From: a virus
Strand: one strand, 5' to 3'
Length of the DNA: 64,000 nt
IMG/VR virus record: IMGVR_UViG_3300048798_000032
Span: 1 to 64,000 of that record
The notes beneath the pieces were generated by a model. It made no database searches and was not told where the DNA came from. It saw nothing but the letters and a program-made list of their open reading frames with translations. The translations under genes were made by a program, and so were the position numbers. Below are positions 48,811 to 62,253 of this stretch, piece after piece. The first letter of the stretch is position 1. Each line of letters opens with the position of its first letter.

Positions 48811-51800
48811 GTGATGAACCGCGACGACCTCGAGGCGTTCCTGTGGCGGGTCATCGGCTTCCGGGCGACTGCGGGTCTGGTGGATTCCATTCTGGCCGCC
48901 GCCGACGCCTATGCCTCGCTGGAGTCCGGACGGCTGCTGGCTGCGCGGAGCCAGTACCGGCCACCGCTTGAAGCCAGCCTCACCGCCAGCCGGCGCGCGG
49001 TGCTCTTGCAGTGCGGCGACCCTCCCGAGGTGACGGTCCAGCGCAGGGCGGCTCTGGAAGCGGCACTGCGTGACGGGACCGAGGCTGCCTGATGTCCTGC
49101 GGTCTATCCCCTGAAAGATCAGCAACGAGGAGAGAAGGGCACGGAAATGAGCAGCAATAGCAATGGCGGAAGTGGGCGCGGTCACCGATGACATCACGTT
49201 CGGCGGCATCGTCCGCGACATGGAAACCCGCACCGAAGGGGAGAAGCGATGACCTACTCATCTGGTGCTGACCATCGGCCAGTTGGTGAGCGTACATATA
49301 GCCAACTCGTAGAGACCGAAAACGAGGCCATTGCCACGAACTGGGATGGCAATCAGGAACGCCATCTCCAAAACGTAGCCGACGAGCGCAACCGCCGCGA
49401 TGACAATGAAAGGGCGAAGGTATGAACCGCGCATTGAACGCATTCGTAACTAGGTCAGCCTTCAATCTCACGCTTGGGCATACCCATCTCGACTTGCTGC
49501 TAGACCTCGGTTACGCAGCAGAGGATGGCAGATACAAAAGCATCTACATCCGGCACCCCGGCGTTAAGGGCCTGGAACTGCGCGGCCTGATAGAGCACGC
49601 CAAGCATGAGCATAAGCCCGGCGAGGTTGAACTCGTGTGGAAGCTCACCCGCGCAGGGGAACTAGTTCATGGGCTACTGGTGGAGGCAGCCGTCTTCCCT
49701 GACAACCAGTTCGTTCAGGTTCTGCCGCACATCAGCGATGACGATGAGGCGGAAGAAATCGAGCGCAACCGGAAGATGACAGTCCAGGAGTGGCGCCAGC
49801 GAGAGCGCGAGCGGGCGGCGATCGAGGAAGCGCACCGCCTCAAGCTCGGAGAGGACTTGGTGACCGAGTAACCCCCCAAGAACTCAGCGAGGGAGAGAGA
49901 CCTGATGACCGAGACGGAGCCACAAGACACAGTTACCGGCGATCCCGTTATGGACCTGCTGGAAACCGCCTGGGGCGTGATCGCATATGCTGACTGGGAC
50001 GAGACCAGCAAGAGTCCCGGCTGGCAGGTAGCGGCCGAAACGTGGCGTGACCGCTACCACGCCTACCTCAAGGCTGCCGCCGAAGAGGCACCGAAGCCAG
50101 AGCCCAAAGGACGCCGCGCCCGCGTGGAAGTCAAGGGCTTCCGTGACCTCGGCATCGTGCGTGTCTCCGAGACCACCCTTGCTGGTGAGCCCATGCTGCA
50201 CGCCGAGTGTGACGACGGGTCATCGGCCGACTTCCCGCCCTCGTCGCTGCATTTCATCACATGGCTTCCGGAGGGCGCGGTGGGCAAGACCAATCCGCCA
50301 CGCGCTCTTGGTGTCGCTGTGGATGGCTGGGAGAGCGATGAGGACTCCGTGTACGACGACGGCCGAGAGGAGGAGCCGTTCTGATGACCGAGACCGGGGG
50401 ATTCCCCGTACCTGAAGCTGACAGCAGCCTAGGAGACCTAGCCGCCGATCTGGCTAAAGCAGAACGCTCTTGTGTATGCGGTAGCCCAGATCAAATTCGC
50501 ACCGAGGGAGAGAAGCCGCAAACCGCAGGCGTGACCCGGTGGTACCCGAAGCCGCACCCGTTCGACATGGTGCGGTGGGACGGCAGCCTTGAAGCTCTGG
50601 CCGCGCTCCAGGAAATCGGTGCCGGACCTGACCTGCGCCCCGATGGCACCGTTAGCATCTACTGCTACCTCAGTGATGACGAGGCAATTCTTAGCCGGGG
50701 TGACTGGGTAGCGAACGACCCTGAGGCCGGTAATCGACCGTGGGCCATCACGGCGAGAGAGCACGCAGAAGGCTACGAGCCAGCAGGAGAGCCCACTTCT
50801 CCCGTCGCCGCGAATTTGACCTCCGGCTCGGCAGGCACAGTCATGCGCACTGGCCGCACCTTGAGCAAGGAATCCCCGGTTACCGGGGGACTGGTCACCC
50901 TCTACCGGGTCACTGCTGGCGATGGCCCTGACGTCTGCGTCGGGGCGGTGCCTGCGGCTGAAGCGGACATGATCGTGCGTGCGGTCAATGAGTACTTCGC
51001 CCGCTACGACGGAGAGCGTGTCCCCGTTCTCCGTCAGGCTCTTTGGGACTGCTACGGCGCGGCCGGGGGAGACCAGGACGGCGACCAGGCGTGCCCGCCT
51101 GCTGGTGCGATGGCCCCGGATGTGCATGTGCTCGCGGTGGAAGCGGTCCGCGAGTTGCGCCGCGACTACGGCGAAGACGAGCCCTTGGTCCGGGCCGACG
51201 AGCGAAGTCGGATTGCCCTGCTGGCCCAGGAGTACGGAGCCACGTACCCGACTTGCCCCTGCCAGCCAGAACGAGGCATCGGGGATCAGTCGCACATAGG
51301 CGGCAGCCCAGCCCCCTTCGCCGACCTGATCCGGGGTGATCAGCCTTGACCGCCGAAGCCCTTGCCAGTTCCGCACCCATGACCTGGCAGGCTGCCGACC
51401 TTGACCGGCTGGCTGATGTAACAGGCTGCCGGGTACCTGGCAGCAGAGGTGAAGCGGGGACTATGCCGGGTGAAGTCAAGGGCGCGGCGGCGAGGGAAGA
51501 GAGGGCGGCATGATCACGGCACTTATCGTCATCGCCTCAGTGGCCGCCTACTTCGGCACCGGCTTTGCGGTAGCAGCTCGCCGCCGACCTGGCATGTGGG
51601 AGAAGGCCCGCAAGGCCTGGGCTGCCGAAGACAATATCCGGGGCAGCGTGAAGGGCCAGTTCATCAGCGTAGTGCTGGTGTGGTGGGCTTACCTTCCCAT
51701 CGCATGGCTGAACCAGGGCCTCAGCGGGTTCACTGCTGCCGGTGATCCACAGGAACTTGACCGGCGTGCGGAAGAACGCGAAGAACAGGTTCGCGTCCGC

Positions 51801-54800
51801 GAGCGCCACATAGCCGACCTGGAGGCTGAGAACGAGCGGCTGCGGCACCAGCAGGAAGGCATCTCGCCGTGACCACCTCCCACCGTGCCTCCCGCCGCTG
51901 GCCCCTCCATGCACTCAAGCAATGGGCGATGGACTACGACCACACCACTGCCCGGCAAATCGCAGCGAGGGACATAGCCGGGCTCATCGCAGCCTCAGCG
52001 CCAGCAGTCCCGCATTGCGCGGTAGGCGTGGACCTATGCCCAGGATGCGCACGTGCGGACCAGGCGGCGATAGACGCGGGGATAGCGAGGAAGGCGGAGA
52101 AGTGGCGATGAATACACGCTATTCAATTGTCAAGTGCCTGCTTCCAGAATACCATCTGCTGGGCCGTTCCGGGGGATATGCTGGAGAAAAGCGCAGCGAC
52201 GGGAGAAATGCGCAATGAGGCAGCCAATCCACGAATGGATGCACCGCAAGCCATACACCACCAAAGTGGCCGCCGTCCTTGCGCTGACCCTGGTTACTGG
52301 CATCGGTGAAGCGCTGGGCGGCGAGAGTGCCAAGGCATCCGTCGCTGCGGCTTTCTGGATATTCGCTGGCCTGATCTTCGGCATGGCGCTGGGGGAGTGG
52401 AAGCCGTGAGCCCAGCGCAGCGGGACCTCATTCCCGCCGTCCACGCCACCACCCTGGACGAGCTGCGGGACCACCACGAGGACACCGTGGGCAGCGCGGC
52501 CAGTTACCTGGAGGACCGCATCAGCGAGGTCCGCGCCGGCCTGGCAGCCGGGCGCATCCCCGAGCGCCCGATCATGCGGGCAGCGGCCGAACTGGACCGG
52601 GCCGTCGCCTCACTGCGGGCAATAGCGGACACGGAAAAGATCAGCGGCGGGAGCGTGGCGCAATGACCGCCATTGAGCAAGCGGTATCCGATGAGGCACT
52701 GGACGCGGCCATGGCCAAAGTGCCCGGTCGGCATCTCGGTTTTGCTGGTGGCTGGGAACCGGCGATCTCGCGGAAAGATGCCGCAGCAATCCTCGAAGCC
52801 GCCGCCCCTTTTCTCGCCGCTGATGCCCTTAAAAACGCGGCTGCGGAAACGGAACGGCTCCGTACTGCTGTCTCCGCGCTTTCCGGCGCTGCGGCCAGGA
52901 ACGCGGCAAAAGCCGGGGCGGAACGCCAACGCCTGGAGACTGCGCTGGCTGAATGCAAGTTCACCCGTAAACGCCGCACCGGGGGTGTGGAGATGGTCCG
53001 CTGGTCCGACGTTGAGCGTGTGCTGGGCGGTGGCGATGCCTGAGATCACGCCACCGGAGCGCGGCACCCTCGCCAGCGTCCCCGTGGACAGGTGGCGTCT
53101 CCCGAGCCCCAAATGCAGCGAGGGTGACCATTACGCCTGCACCTGGTGTGCGGGATGCGACTGCCATGACCCGCATCTGAGGGAGCCAGCATGAGCCGCG
53201 AGGAATGCATCCACGAACTCGACCCGCAGGGCTGCTCGGTGTGCACGGGCCGCGACGCGAAACCGCCTCCCGGTGTCCTTGACCCGTCAAAGTCTGGCCC
53301 GTGGTTCAGTGCCCGCTATCCGGGCCCGTGCTCGCTCTGCGATGAGCCGTTCGATGAGGATGACGAGATCCGCGCCGACGGCGAGGGTGGCTACCTTGCT
53401 GGGGCTTGCGGCAAGGAGGAGGCGTGACCACGATCCGGCCACCTATCCCGGTCACCTGCATGGACCGCCCGCTGACCGGTGGGCTGGTCATTCCCTATGT
53501 GAATGTCCACCTAGCCGATGGGGGAGCAGACTTCCGCACCGCCCACCATGCCCGCTACGAGAAGTGCTGGACGGAGGGACTGTGCCAGACCTGCGGTGGC
53601 CGGCTCGCCGGGCTGGCAGTCCTGTTCGGCGGCCCGGGCCAGCTCCGCAGGCGGCATTTCAGCGAGCCGCCGCTGTGTGCCCCGTGTGCCCTGTATGCCT
53701 CGCAGGCGTGCCCGATGGTCGGCGGCCGGATGGAAACCTACGCCGGCCGCGACCCGGTAGCCGTGGGATCACGCGGGAAGCGGTGCGCTGAGCCGGGCTG
53801 TGACTGCGGCGGGTGGGTTCCCTCCGACCCGGCCGTCCAGGGCCACCCCGGCGACCCGGCGCACCCGTGGTATGCGCTGTACGTCCGTCCCGGCGCGTAC
53901 AGCGTCACGGCTTACCGGGCAGTGGTGCGGTGCTCGGACCGGGGCTGCGAACACGGACGGCTGCTGGTGAACGGTGCCCTTCTCGCAGATGCGCCCTTGA
54001 AAGCGGTCCAGGTGTCGGAACCGGGCCGGGGCCGCATCTGGAAACGGCTGGATACTGCCGCCCTGGCTGAACTGCTCGGGCCGCTGCCGGACCTGTCCCA
54101 GCATGAGACGGCGGTGCTGCCGTGACCGGGTGTGCCCGGCCCGGCTGCGGCAAGCCAGCCACCACGGACGGCCATTGTGAGAGCGACTACCGGTATCTGC
54201 TGCACACCGGCCAGCGCGGCGGTTTCCGTGACCCGTCCGCAGCCCGCGGGCACGTGATGGCGCTGCGCGGGCTCGGCTGGACGTGGCAGCAGATCGCGGA
54301 CGCCGCCGGAACCTCGAACTCGGTCCCGTTCTGCCTCGCCAGCGGCAGGTACAAGACGATCCGCCGCAAGTCGGAGGTGGCTCTCCTGTCGGTGCCGCTG
54401 CTGCCCGCCGAATCCCACCGCGGCGTGAATGCGGCCGGCACCCGCCGGCGGGTGCCGGCGCTCGCGTGGATGGGCTGGAGCGGCGCGGAGATAGCCCGCC
54501 GCGCCGGCTGCCATCACGCGACCCTGCACACGGAAATCTACCGGGGAAGCCTGTCAGTGCGCCTCGCGGGACGGGTGCGGGTGATCTACCGGGAACTGTC
54601 CGCCACGCCGGGACCGTCGCGGATGGCCGCGGTGAAGGCACGCCAGTTCGGCTATGCCCCGCCGGCGGCGTGGGACGGGGACGAGATCGACGATCCGCGC
54701 GCACGGCCGAAGGGTGTCCGGAAGGTGGCGGCGTGACGGCCCGGGTGCGCCAGGTGGCCGCCCACCTTCCCGCCGTCGTGGCCGTGGGTGACCGTGCCGG

Positions 54801-55498
54801 GATGCAGAGGCTTGTCTGCAAGGCCATCCGCGCCGAGGGCGGCCTGTACGCCCTGATCGCGATGCTGGCGTGGGCTGCCGACCTTGACCGGCTGGCCGAG
54901 GTGACGGGATGCGATGTGCCACCACGCCGGGATGAGGCCAGGGACGCGGCGGCGGGACGGAGGGCGGCGTGACCGGCGCATGCCTGCTCTGCCAGCCCAA
55001 TGAGACAGTCCCTCTCGCTGAGATTCTTGATCATCTGCGCCTGATACATCCCAGCCAGTGGGACGGACTGGAGACCTGGCCGGACGGGTCTCCAGTCATC
55101 TACGAGGACACAGAGTTGTTCTGGCTGGAGGCGGGGGAGTGACCATCTACGTTGACCCGCTCTCCGTCCGGTGCCCGTACTGCGCGACCGTCGCTGGTGG
55201 CCATTGCACCGCAGAGCCGAGCCTGAGACAGCGGCGGTCGCACGCAGTGCGGATCCGGTTCGCTCTCGAGATGGCAGCTCACTCTGACCCAGCCCTGGAC
55301 GCCTTCCCCGGATTCGGCCCTACGTCACCGTGCGGCATATGCGGTTCAGGACTTCCGCAGCGCCACCGGGTGGTCGATGCGATAGCTGGCCGTCTTGCCG
55401 CTGGCGAGAGTGAAGGTGACGTAGCAGCGGACTATGACCTTCCCCTGGAGGCTGCCCGGCTGGTGGGGGAGTGGGCGCGTAAGTGGGGTGTGGCATGA
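48811..55498 (+). other. run of small coupled hypothetical genes (e.g. 49422-49871, 49905-50384, 50384-51349, 51510-51872, 53424-54125, 54122-54736 HTH, 55139-55498 DUF433-like tail)
   Basis: ATGA/GTGA overlaps and RBS motifs; typical phage accessory arm. Confidence 0.6.
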
Positions 55499-55529
55499 AA
55501 ACCCGGCACCGACGGGAGGAGTCAGCCTG

Positions 55530-55706
55530 TCACTTCGCGGGTCGCTGCGGCATCTCGTTGATGTCGCCCACGAACCACCGGGCGAACTTCCGCAGCACCG
55601 CCGAGCGGTTGGAGTCGGGATCGGCCTGCTTGGCCGCTTCGTCTAGGCGCTTCCACAGATCGTCATCCATGCGGATACGGCGGAACGGTGTTCCCTCGGC
55701 TGGCAT
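55530..55706 (-). CDS. ribbon-helix-helix protein
   Basis: TPFRRIRMDDDLW..L.......NRSAVLRKF..WFV. Confidence 0.75.
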   Translation of the reverse strand: MPAEGTPFRRIRMDDDLWKRLDEAAKQADPDSNRSAVLRKFARWFVGDINEMPQRPAK

Positions 55707-55830
55707 CTTGTCGTCTCCGTTGTCGGCCCTTGTGACGGTCACGGCCAATCCTCTCATTAGTCTTGCCTGTAGCGTCAGTATGCCCTACAATAGAGACATC
55801 AGCAAGCACTACAGAGATGGAGGGTCAGCA

Positions 55831-58800
55831 ATGAGCACCACGCAGACCGCCAGCACCGCCAGCCTCACCACACTCCCGGCTGGAACCCTGGTCTCCTACC
55901 ACGGCTCCATCTACGACTGGCACGGCCTGTACGTGACCCTCAAGACGTGCGGCTGCCGCGCCTGCCTGTCGTCGGGGGACCTGCGGTACGTGCTGGCCGA
56001 CGCCGGCTGGGCGGACCCCATGAACCACGATGCCGAGCTTGAGCACGTCCGCCCGCAGAGCATCACGGTCGCGGAGGACGCTGGCAGACGGTGTGTGAGG
56101 AGCACGGGTTCGTGTGCTCGCACGAGACGCTGTCGCTGGCCCGCCAGTTCGCTTCGTGCCCGGAGGAGTGGTGTGAAGTGTGCTCAGGTGATGAACCCGA
56201 TGAAATCGCCTCGGGGGAATGACTTCAATGACTGAGATGCGCATGACGGTCACAACGAAGTCCATCCAGACTGTCGTCCAGCCCGTCTTTCCCGATGCCG
56301 ACCCGGCAGAGCGCCCATGGCTGGACGAGGTAATCGCCCGCTTCGGTGAGCCCAGCGTTTACGTGGTGCCCACCCGGCTCCTGGGAACCAGGAGCACGAT
56401 CCGTGAGTGCTGGGTCTGGTTCCCCGAGGGCAAGAACTGGAATCTAGCCCTGGACCAGCACCCGCGCTACTGGATCGTCAAGGCCAATGCGGAGTGGGGC
56501 AACAAGGCCAGCGCAGAAGCCCGGATTGATGGCACCGCGCCGCCGCCCGCGTCGGCTATCCGTTCCGTCCTCGTCGCAGCGATGTTCCTGGAGGGCTGAC
56601 CAAGTGAGCACCGATACCCCCCGTATGCCAGTCAGCTACGACGAGGACATCTCACGGGAGCCAGAGGGCGAGACAACCGAGTTTCCCGTCTGCACCCAGC
56701 ACCCCCTTACCTACTGGTCCTCGTGCCCGGACTGCCGTGCGCAGGTGGCAGCAGAGCAGGCCGAGCAGGACGCAGGGAACGCCACCGAGATCGTCCAGCA
56801 CAACCGCGAGTTCGATGAGGCTCTCCGGATGGCCAGCGGCGCACTCAACCACACCATCGCTGAGCTTGGCCACCTGATGAGCGACAGCGTCCACGACATA
56901 GAGCTGACCGAGTCCACCCTCGGCGATGACGCGAAGGCCGAACTTGAGACCGCAGCCCGTGCAGTCCGGAACGTACAGCGGATAGCCACTCTGCGGCTGA
57001 AGATGATGGAGGGCTGACCAGTGGGCACCAGCAAGCTCGGCCGCATTCCGTTCCGCACCGCCGAGATCATCCCGGACGAGCCAGACGGCCGGCGCGTCAC
57101 CTACGTCACGGGAATCAACTGCTCTGGCACCCACCAGAACGAAGTGATCCAGCGCGTGCGCCACCCTGACGGCCAGGGGTTCGAGTACGTCATCATGCGC
57201 GGCCTGTCGTCGGCTAAGGCTGCGGCAATATGCCTGATCCTGAATGCACCGGAGGTCTGAGCAATGAGCGCCAGCGGGCTTCCTTATGCCGACTTTGACC
57301 GCTACTGCGACGAGCACAATATCAAGCCGGGCGAGGAACCAGCCGCTTTCGCCGCATGGCTGCACGAGATCAGCAACGGCAAATGGAATGGGCAGATGGG
57401 GCAAGTCTCGCCGGGGGAGTCCCAATGACTACCGCAACAGACCAGACCTGGGAGGTAGTTCCCTCCCCCTCGTCGCCGCGAATTAAAACCAGCACTGAGG
57501 GAGAGCAGGCCACATGTGCAGCCTGCTACCAGGAAATCACCCTCCTAGGTGGTAGCTGGACAGACCCAGACGGATGCACGAACTGCTACGGCGACTTGTC
57601 TGCACCTTATGTACCACACAAGCCCACAGAGGGAGAGCACCCAATACCACTAGCCAAGCCTGCTGACCCATTCTTCGGTATCCCTAACGCTGACGACGAG
57701 CAGAACGAGCCGTGGTGACGATGCCCTACCCACCGAAGCCCCCGACGCCGCAGATCGTCGGCGCGATCCTCAAGCGCGCAGGGTTCAACCGGTCACAGTC
57801 CAGCGGCGTCTACGTCCGGACTGCCGGTTACGCGGTGCGCAAGTCCCGCACTCAGCCAGATGCCGTTGAGGTCCGGTGGTGGCCCGACTTGCCCGACTTG
57901 CGCGAGGTTGCGCCTGACGCTGACGACGACATCACGGGCCGCCGGTACCGGTGGCTCCAGCGGTACGCCGACGCAATCACCACCGACGCGCTCTATCACG
58001 GGCGCTTCGTGGTCCGGTTCACCAGCCAGGACGGCAAGGTCACTGTTTACCTGCGCCGCCCGGCCGCCGTCGTTGAGAACTTCAAGACCAGCACCGACGA
58101 GAACGGGGGCTGAGCTATGGCCGACAAGCACACCGAACGGGCACTCGGCAACGAGCGGAAACGCCATACTGACCAGGCCCGCGCGATGGCCATGCGTATC
58201 CAGCGGGAAGCGGGCTACATCCTGGACGAGCTCGACGGCGGCCACATCCCGTCTCACCATCTTGTCGCTGACGCCGTTGAACTTGAGCGCCGGATGGCCG
58301 CCCTGGAAGCCATCAAGGACACGTCTGGCATCTACGAGGCGCAGCTAGCCGCTATGGCCGACGCCGATGAGAACGGGGTAGTAGCTCCCAATGCCTGCCT
58401 CGCCATGGCTGCGGCAGCGACGGCGGCCTGACGTGACCGCGATGCGCGAGGTTCCGTCACCCACGCGAGGCAGCGGCGCGACCGTCTGCTGCGGCGGCCA
58501 CCGCGAGCGCTGCCTGTTCGGTCATATGCACTCCTGGTCGACCTGGTACGAGGGCGGCAAGCTCCAGCGGACGACCGACACCTTCCACTGCCACGTCTGC
58601 GGCGGAGTCTGCACCGCCGACGAGGAAGACTGCCCGGCCACGTCGGCACCGCACACGAGCACGAGCTCGGCCATCGTCGCCGGGACGAGCCTGCGCGCAA
58701 GCCGGCGCACCGCGGGCTTGGCCGGGCGGTACGTGAACGCCGACCCGCCCCCATCGCATCCACCGGACGACCCCATCTGGATCGAGCACGCCGCGATCGC

Positions 58801-60706
58801 GCTGGCTGAAGCACATGGTGCGTCCATCGCTCTCACTGGCGCCATCCTGAACGCGCAGCGCAAGATAACCGATCTGGCTGTCGAGTGGGCAGAGCGGCAG
58901 TCTCCGCAGAGAACCCCGCACCAAAAGGGGGAGCAGTGACTCCCGAAGCGCGGACCGCAATCAAGCGCGCCTATCTTGACGGCGCATCTATAGACGAGAT
59001 CGCCTGCGCCGCCGGAGTGGCCGCCGACCGCGCCGAGACCTACCTGCGCTGGTGGTGTGACCGCGGCTGCCCGGGAGCCGAGAAGGACAGTGAAGGCAAC
59101 TACAGGCTTGCCGGTAAGGGGGAGCAGTGAGCGCGCTATCTCCCGCTGAGTGGTCCCGGAACTGGCAAGCCCTTAAGGACTACCTGGCCGCGGAGATCGA
59201 CGCGAACCTTGAAGTCGCGGTGTCCTGTGACGGCGAGGAACTCAAGCCCACGAAGGCAGCCCACTACTCGCTGGTGGCTGCTCAGCGCGCCACGCTGGCC
59301 AAGATGCGGGAACTGGAGGCTGGGCAATGAGCCGCCACGACGAAGACATCGCCTCCGACTACGCCGACTGGTCAGGCGATGACGGGGACGACGGCGATGA
59401 CCGTTATGAGGAATACAAGGACGCCGTGGCCATGGGCTACATCTGGCCGGACGGCACCCAGCGCGAACCGCCCGAACCTGACTGGTCTGCCAGGGAGTAC
59501 GCCGAGCACTGCGAAGAGATGCACGGGGGCGGCGCATGCGACTGCCCGATGGTGCCGCTCGAACCAGCATCGCCCGGTGATCCTGGCTACTCCGACGAGC
59601 CTCCGTTCTGAACCCCGCACCGAAGGAAGGATGAGTGAGATGCCCGACTGGTACCGAACCCACAACGCGAGCCCAGACGCCTACCCGGACAGTGAGTACA
59701 CCGACTGGGCGCAGGACAACGGGCTGTATGTCGATGCGGCCGGAAATGTGGACTACGGCCCACCTGTCCCGGACGGCGACGTGATGCCATTCGACTCTTG
59801 CGCCGAGTGGCGCGAGGACTGACCCATGCCACACCGCAGGGTTGTACGCCGGGTGGTGCTGGCTCCAGTGGGCTGCCTGATGTGGGTGGCGATTCCTCTC
59901 CTGTCCCTCGGTGCGATTTTGGTTGTGGTGATCTGAATGCCCTGCTGTAGTGAGCACGGATGCCGCCGCAAGACACCCATCGGTGTCAGCCGTGGAGCTT
60001 TCTCAGGACGCATCTACGCGATCACCCGGTCACGTCTCATCAGCGATGACGGTGGCCACTCGGGAACCTTTGAGGCCAGCGAGAAGCACGACATCACCAA
60101 CGCTATGAAGTTCTTCATCAAGGCTAACCGGGAGTGGGTAGAGCAAGTGCTCAGCGAGGAGAACGGCGGTGCCTGACCTGCCCGCGATCGAGCGCCCCAA
60201 CGGGAAGCTCTACCGTCCCCGCAAACTGGTGGCCTGCCCAGTCAGTGACACCTACGACGAGATAGCCGCGGTGGTCGTCTTCGGCACCCACGATCCAGAC
60301 CGCGCGCAGGCTCTCGCTGACTCACTGGTCCGCTGTGACGTGGACAGCGGCTACGTTGCCGCGAATCCCGGCCGCGTCTGGTGGCGCGACGGATTCGAGT
60401 GCGGCCAGCGGGTGTGGGTCGTTGACGACGAGCACGGCCGGGCTGGAGTGCTGTTCGAGATAGTGGAGGACGGGAATGCCTAGCCACAAGAGCACCCAGC
60501 TAGCAGGTCACGGACTCCAGGCTGAAGGCAAGCCCTACACGATCGCAGGCAGTGAGCTGATCCGGGTTCAGTGTGGACGCCATGGCCGCGGGCTGTGCTC
60601 TTGTGGAGCGGCCTCTGAAGTGCTGCCCACCGATGCCGCGCGGAAACGCTGGCACGCTGCCCATAAAGATCAAGAGCGGCAACGACAGGAGCAGGGTGAT
60701 GGCTGA
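55831..60706 (+). other. second run of small coupled hypothetical genes
   Basis: starts behind GGAGGG RBS at 55831; about 15 short ORFs with coupled starts. Confidence 0.6.
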
Positions 60707-61040
60707 CGAGCTGCGGGAGGAAATGATCCGCTCCGTCCAGAACCGGGCGTGGCGCAACAAGCTCGGCAAGGGGTTCAGCACCAGCGATGTCCCGCTGGAG
60801 TTCTGTCTTCTGTCGGCCGAGGTGTCCGAGGCGTTCGAGGCATGGCGCAGGCAAGACCCCCGTGCCCTCGGTGCCGAACTGGCCGACGTGATGATCTTCC
60901 TGGCTGGCCTTGCGGAGATGACGGGCACCGACCTCCAGGCCGAGGTTCTGGCGAAGCTGGCAGTCAACGAAGGCCGCACCTACGAACGGCTGGCGAACGG
61001 ATGCAGCATCAAAACCCGGGCTGGAGGCCAGGATGGCTGA
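60699..61040 (+). CDS. MazG-like nucleotide pyrophosphohydrolase
   Basis: LLSAEVSEAFEAWR, ELADVMI, K...N..R. Confidence 0.85.
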   Translation: MADELREEMIRSVQNRAWRNKLGKGFSTSDVPLEFCLLSAEVSEAFEAWRRQDPRALGAELADVMIFLAGLAEMTGTDLQAEVLAKLAVNEGRTYERLANGCSIKTRAGGQDG

Positions 61041-61693
61041 ACCCGGCCTGCTCACCGAGCTAGACGAAGCCGAGCACTGCCGCTGCGGCAAGACTCACGA
61101 GGAGTGCGCCGAAGACGGCGGCTGCCGCTGGTCGCGCCTGGACAGCAGCGAAGCCGAAGCCGTGAGACTCCTGGAATACGCCCTGCACCTCCGCAGGAAC
61201 GGGGAGAACGCTCCAGGAGGCACCGAGACATGGGCCCAGTGGGATCGTGACGCAGAGACGTTCCTGCGGGCGAGGATTGAGGCGAGCGGTGCCTGACTAT
61301 CCTTCCGAAGCGCTGGCCGCAGCAACAGCCGCACTCGTCCAGTACTGGAACGGCGACAAACTTGGCGCCGACGAGTACAAGGGAAGCGCCCGCGCAGCAC
61401 TGGACGCTGCTGCCCCTCTCCTCGCTGATGCTTGCGCAAAGGCGATCCTCCAGCACATGGAAGATCATGGGCTGCCGATGCATGTGGACCTGCCAGCCGA
61501 CGCGGCAGTACGGCGGAACATGCGCCGGATCCACTTCACCACCGCTGCCCGTGTCGCTGCCAGCGCATTCAGCACCGACGAGGAGATGAAGCGGCAGGCA
61601 GCCGAAGCCCTGGCCACTGGTGACTACATCGCCTGCCAGATACCCGAGAGCGGAGAGTAGCCCGATGCCCGCACTGCTGCCAGGGGAGCGGTG

Positions 61694-62119
61694 ATGGGTA
61701 CCGGCTGGCGGCCGCGCAAGCGGAGAGGTGCCGACAAGCGTCAGCGTCAGAAGCTGGTCGGTGTCCGGCTCGTGGACGCGGAGTATGAGGCCATCAAGTC
61801 CGCGGCCTATCGCAAGGGTGTCTCTCCCGGTGCGCTGCTGCGGGACGCATTCGCTGAGAACAGGCAGTTGCGTGCCGAGGTGGCGCAGTTCCGCAAGGAT
61901 GCCCGTGACGCGCTGCTCGTCGTGACGGTGCTCATACGCAAGCTCGGCGGCCATGCCCTGATCGCTGACGCCGACCTCGCCGTCGAAACCGGCGCGCTGA
62001 TCCGGTTCCCGGAAATGGGCGGCTACAGCCTGACCATCAAGGACGGCCCGGCCAGCGGTGGCCCGCGGCTCGACGACTACACCGGCAGTGGGCCCGGCCA
62101 GCAAGGAGGGGAACGATAG
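61694..62119 (+). CDS. MobC/RHH-like DNA-binding protein
   Basis: KRQRQKLVGVRLVDAEYEAIKSAA..G.S...LLR. Confidence 0.55.
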   Translation: MGTGWRPRKRRGADKRQRQKLVGVRLVDAEYEAIKSAAYRKGVSPGALLRDAFAENRQLRAEVAQFRKDARDALLVVTVLIRKLGGHALIADADLAVETGALIRFPEMGGYSLTIKDGPASGGPRLDDYTGSGPGQQGGER

Positions 62120-62253
62120 ATGCTGCGCGATCGCCTCTGGCTGCACCGCCACCGACCTGCCCCCGCAGCGTGAGGGTTCCCGTGTCGTGCGCGGGGCGAT
62201 GTACAAATGGGAGCCGACGCAAGATCAAGAGCGGCAACGACGGGAGCAGGGTG

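Noticed and set aside
50868-50890. GGAATCCCCGGTTACCGGGGGA as another IS right end
   Set aside because: inside an intact ORF and lacks the terminal TCAA and upstream scaffold
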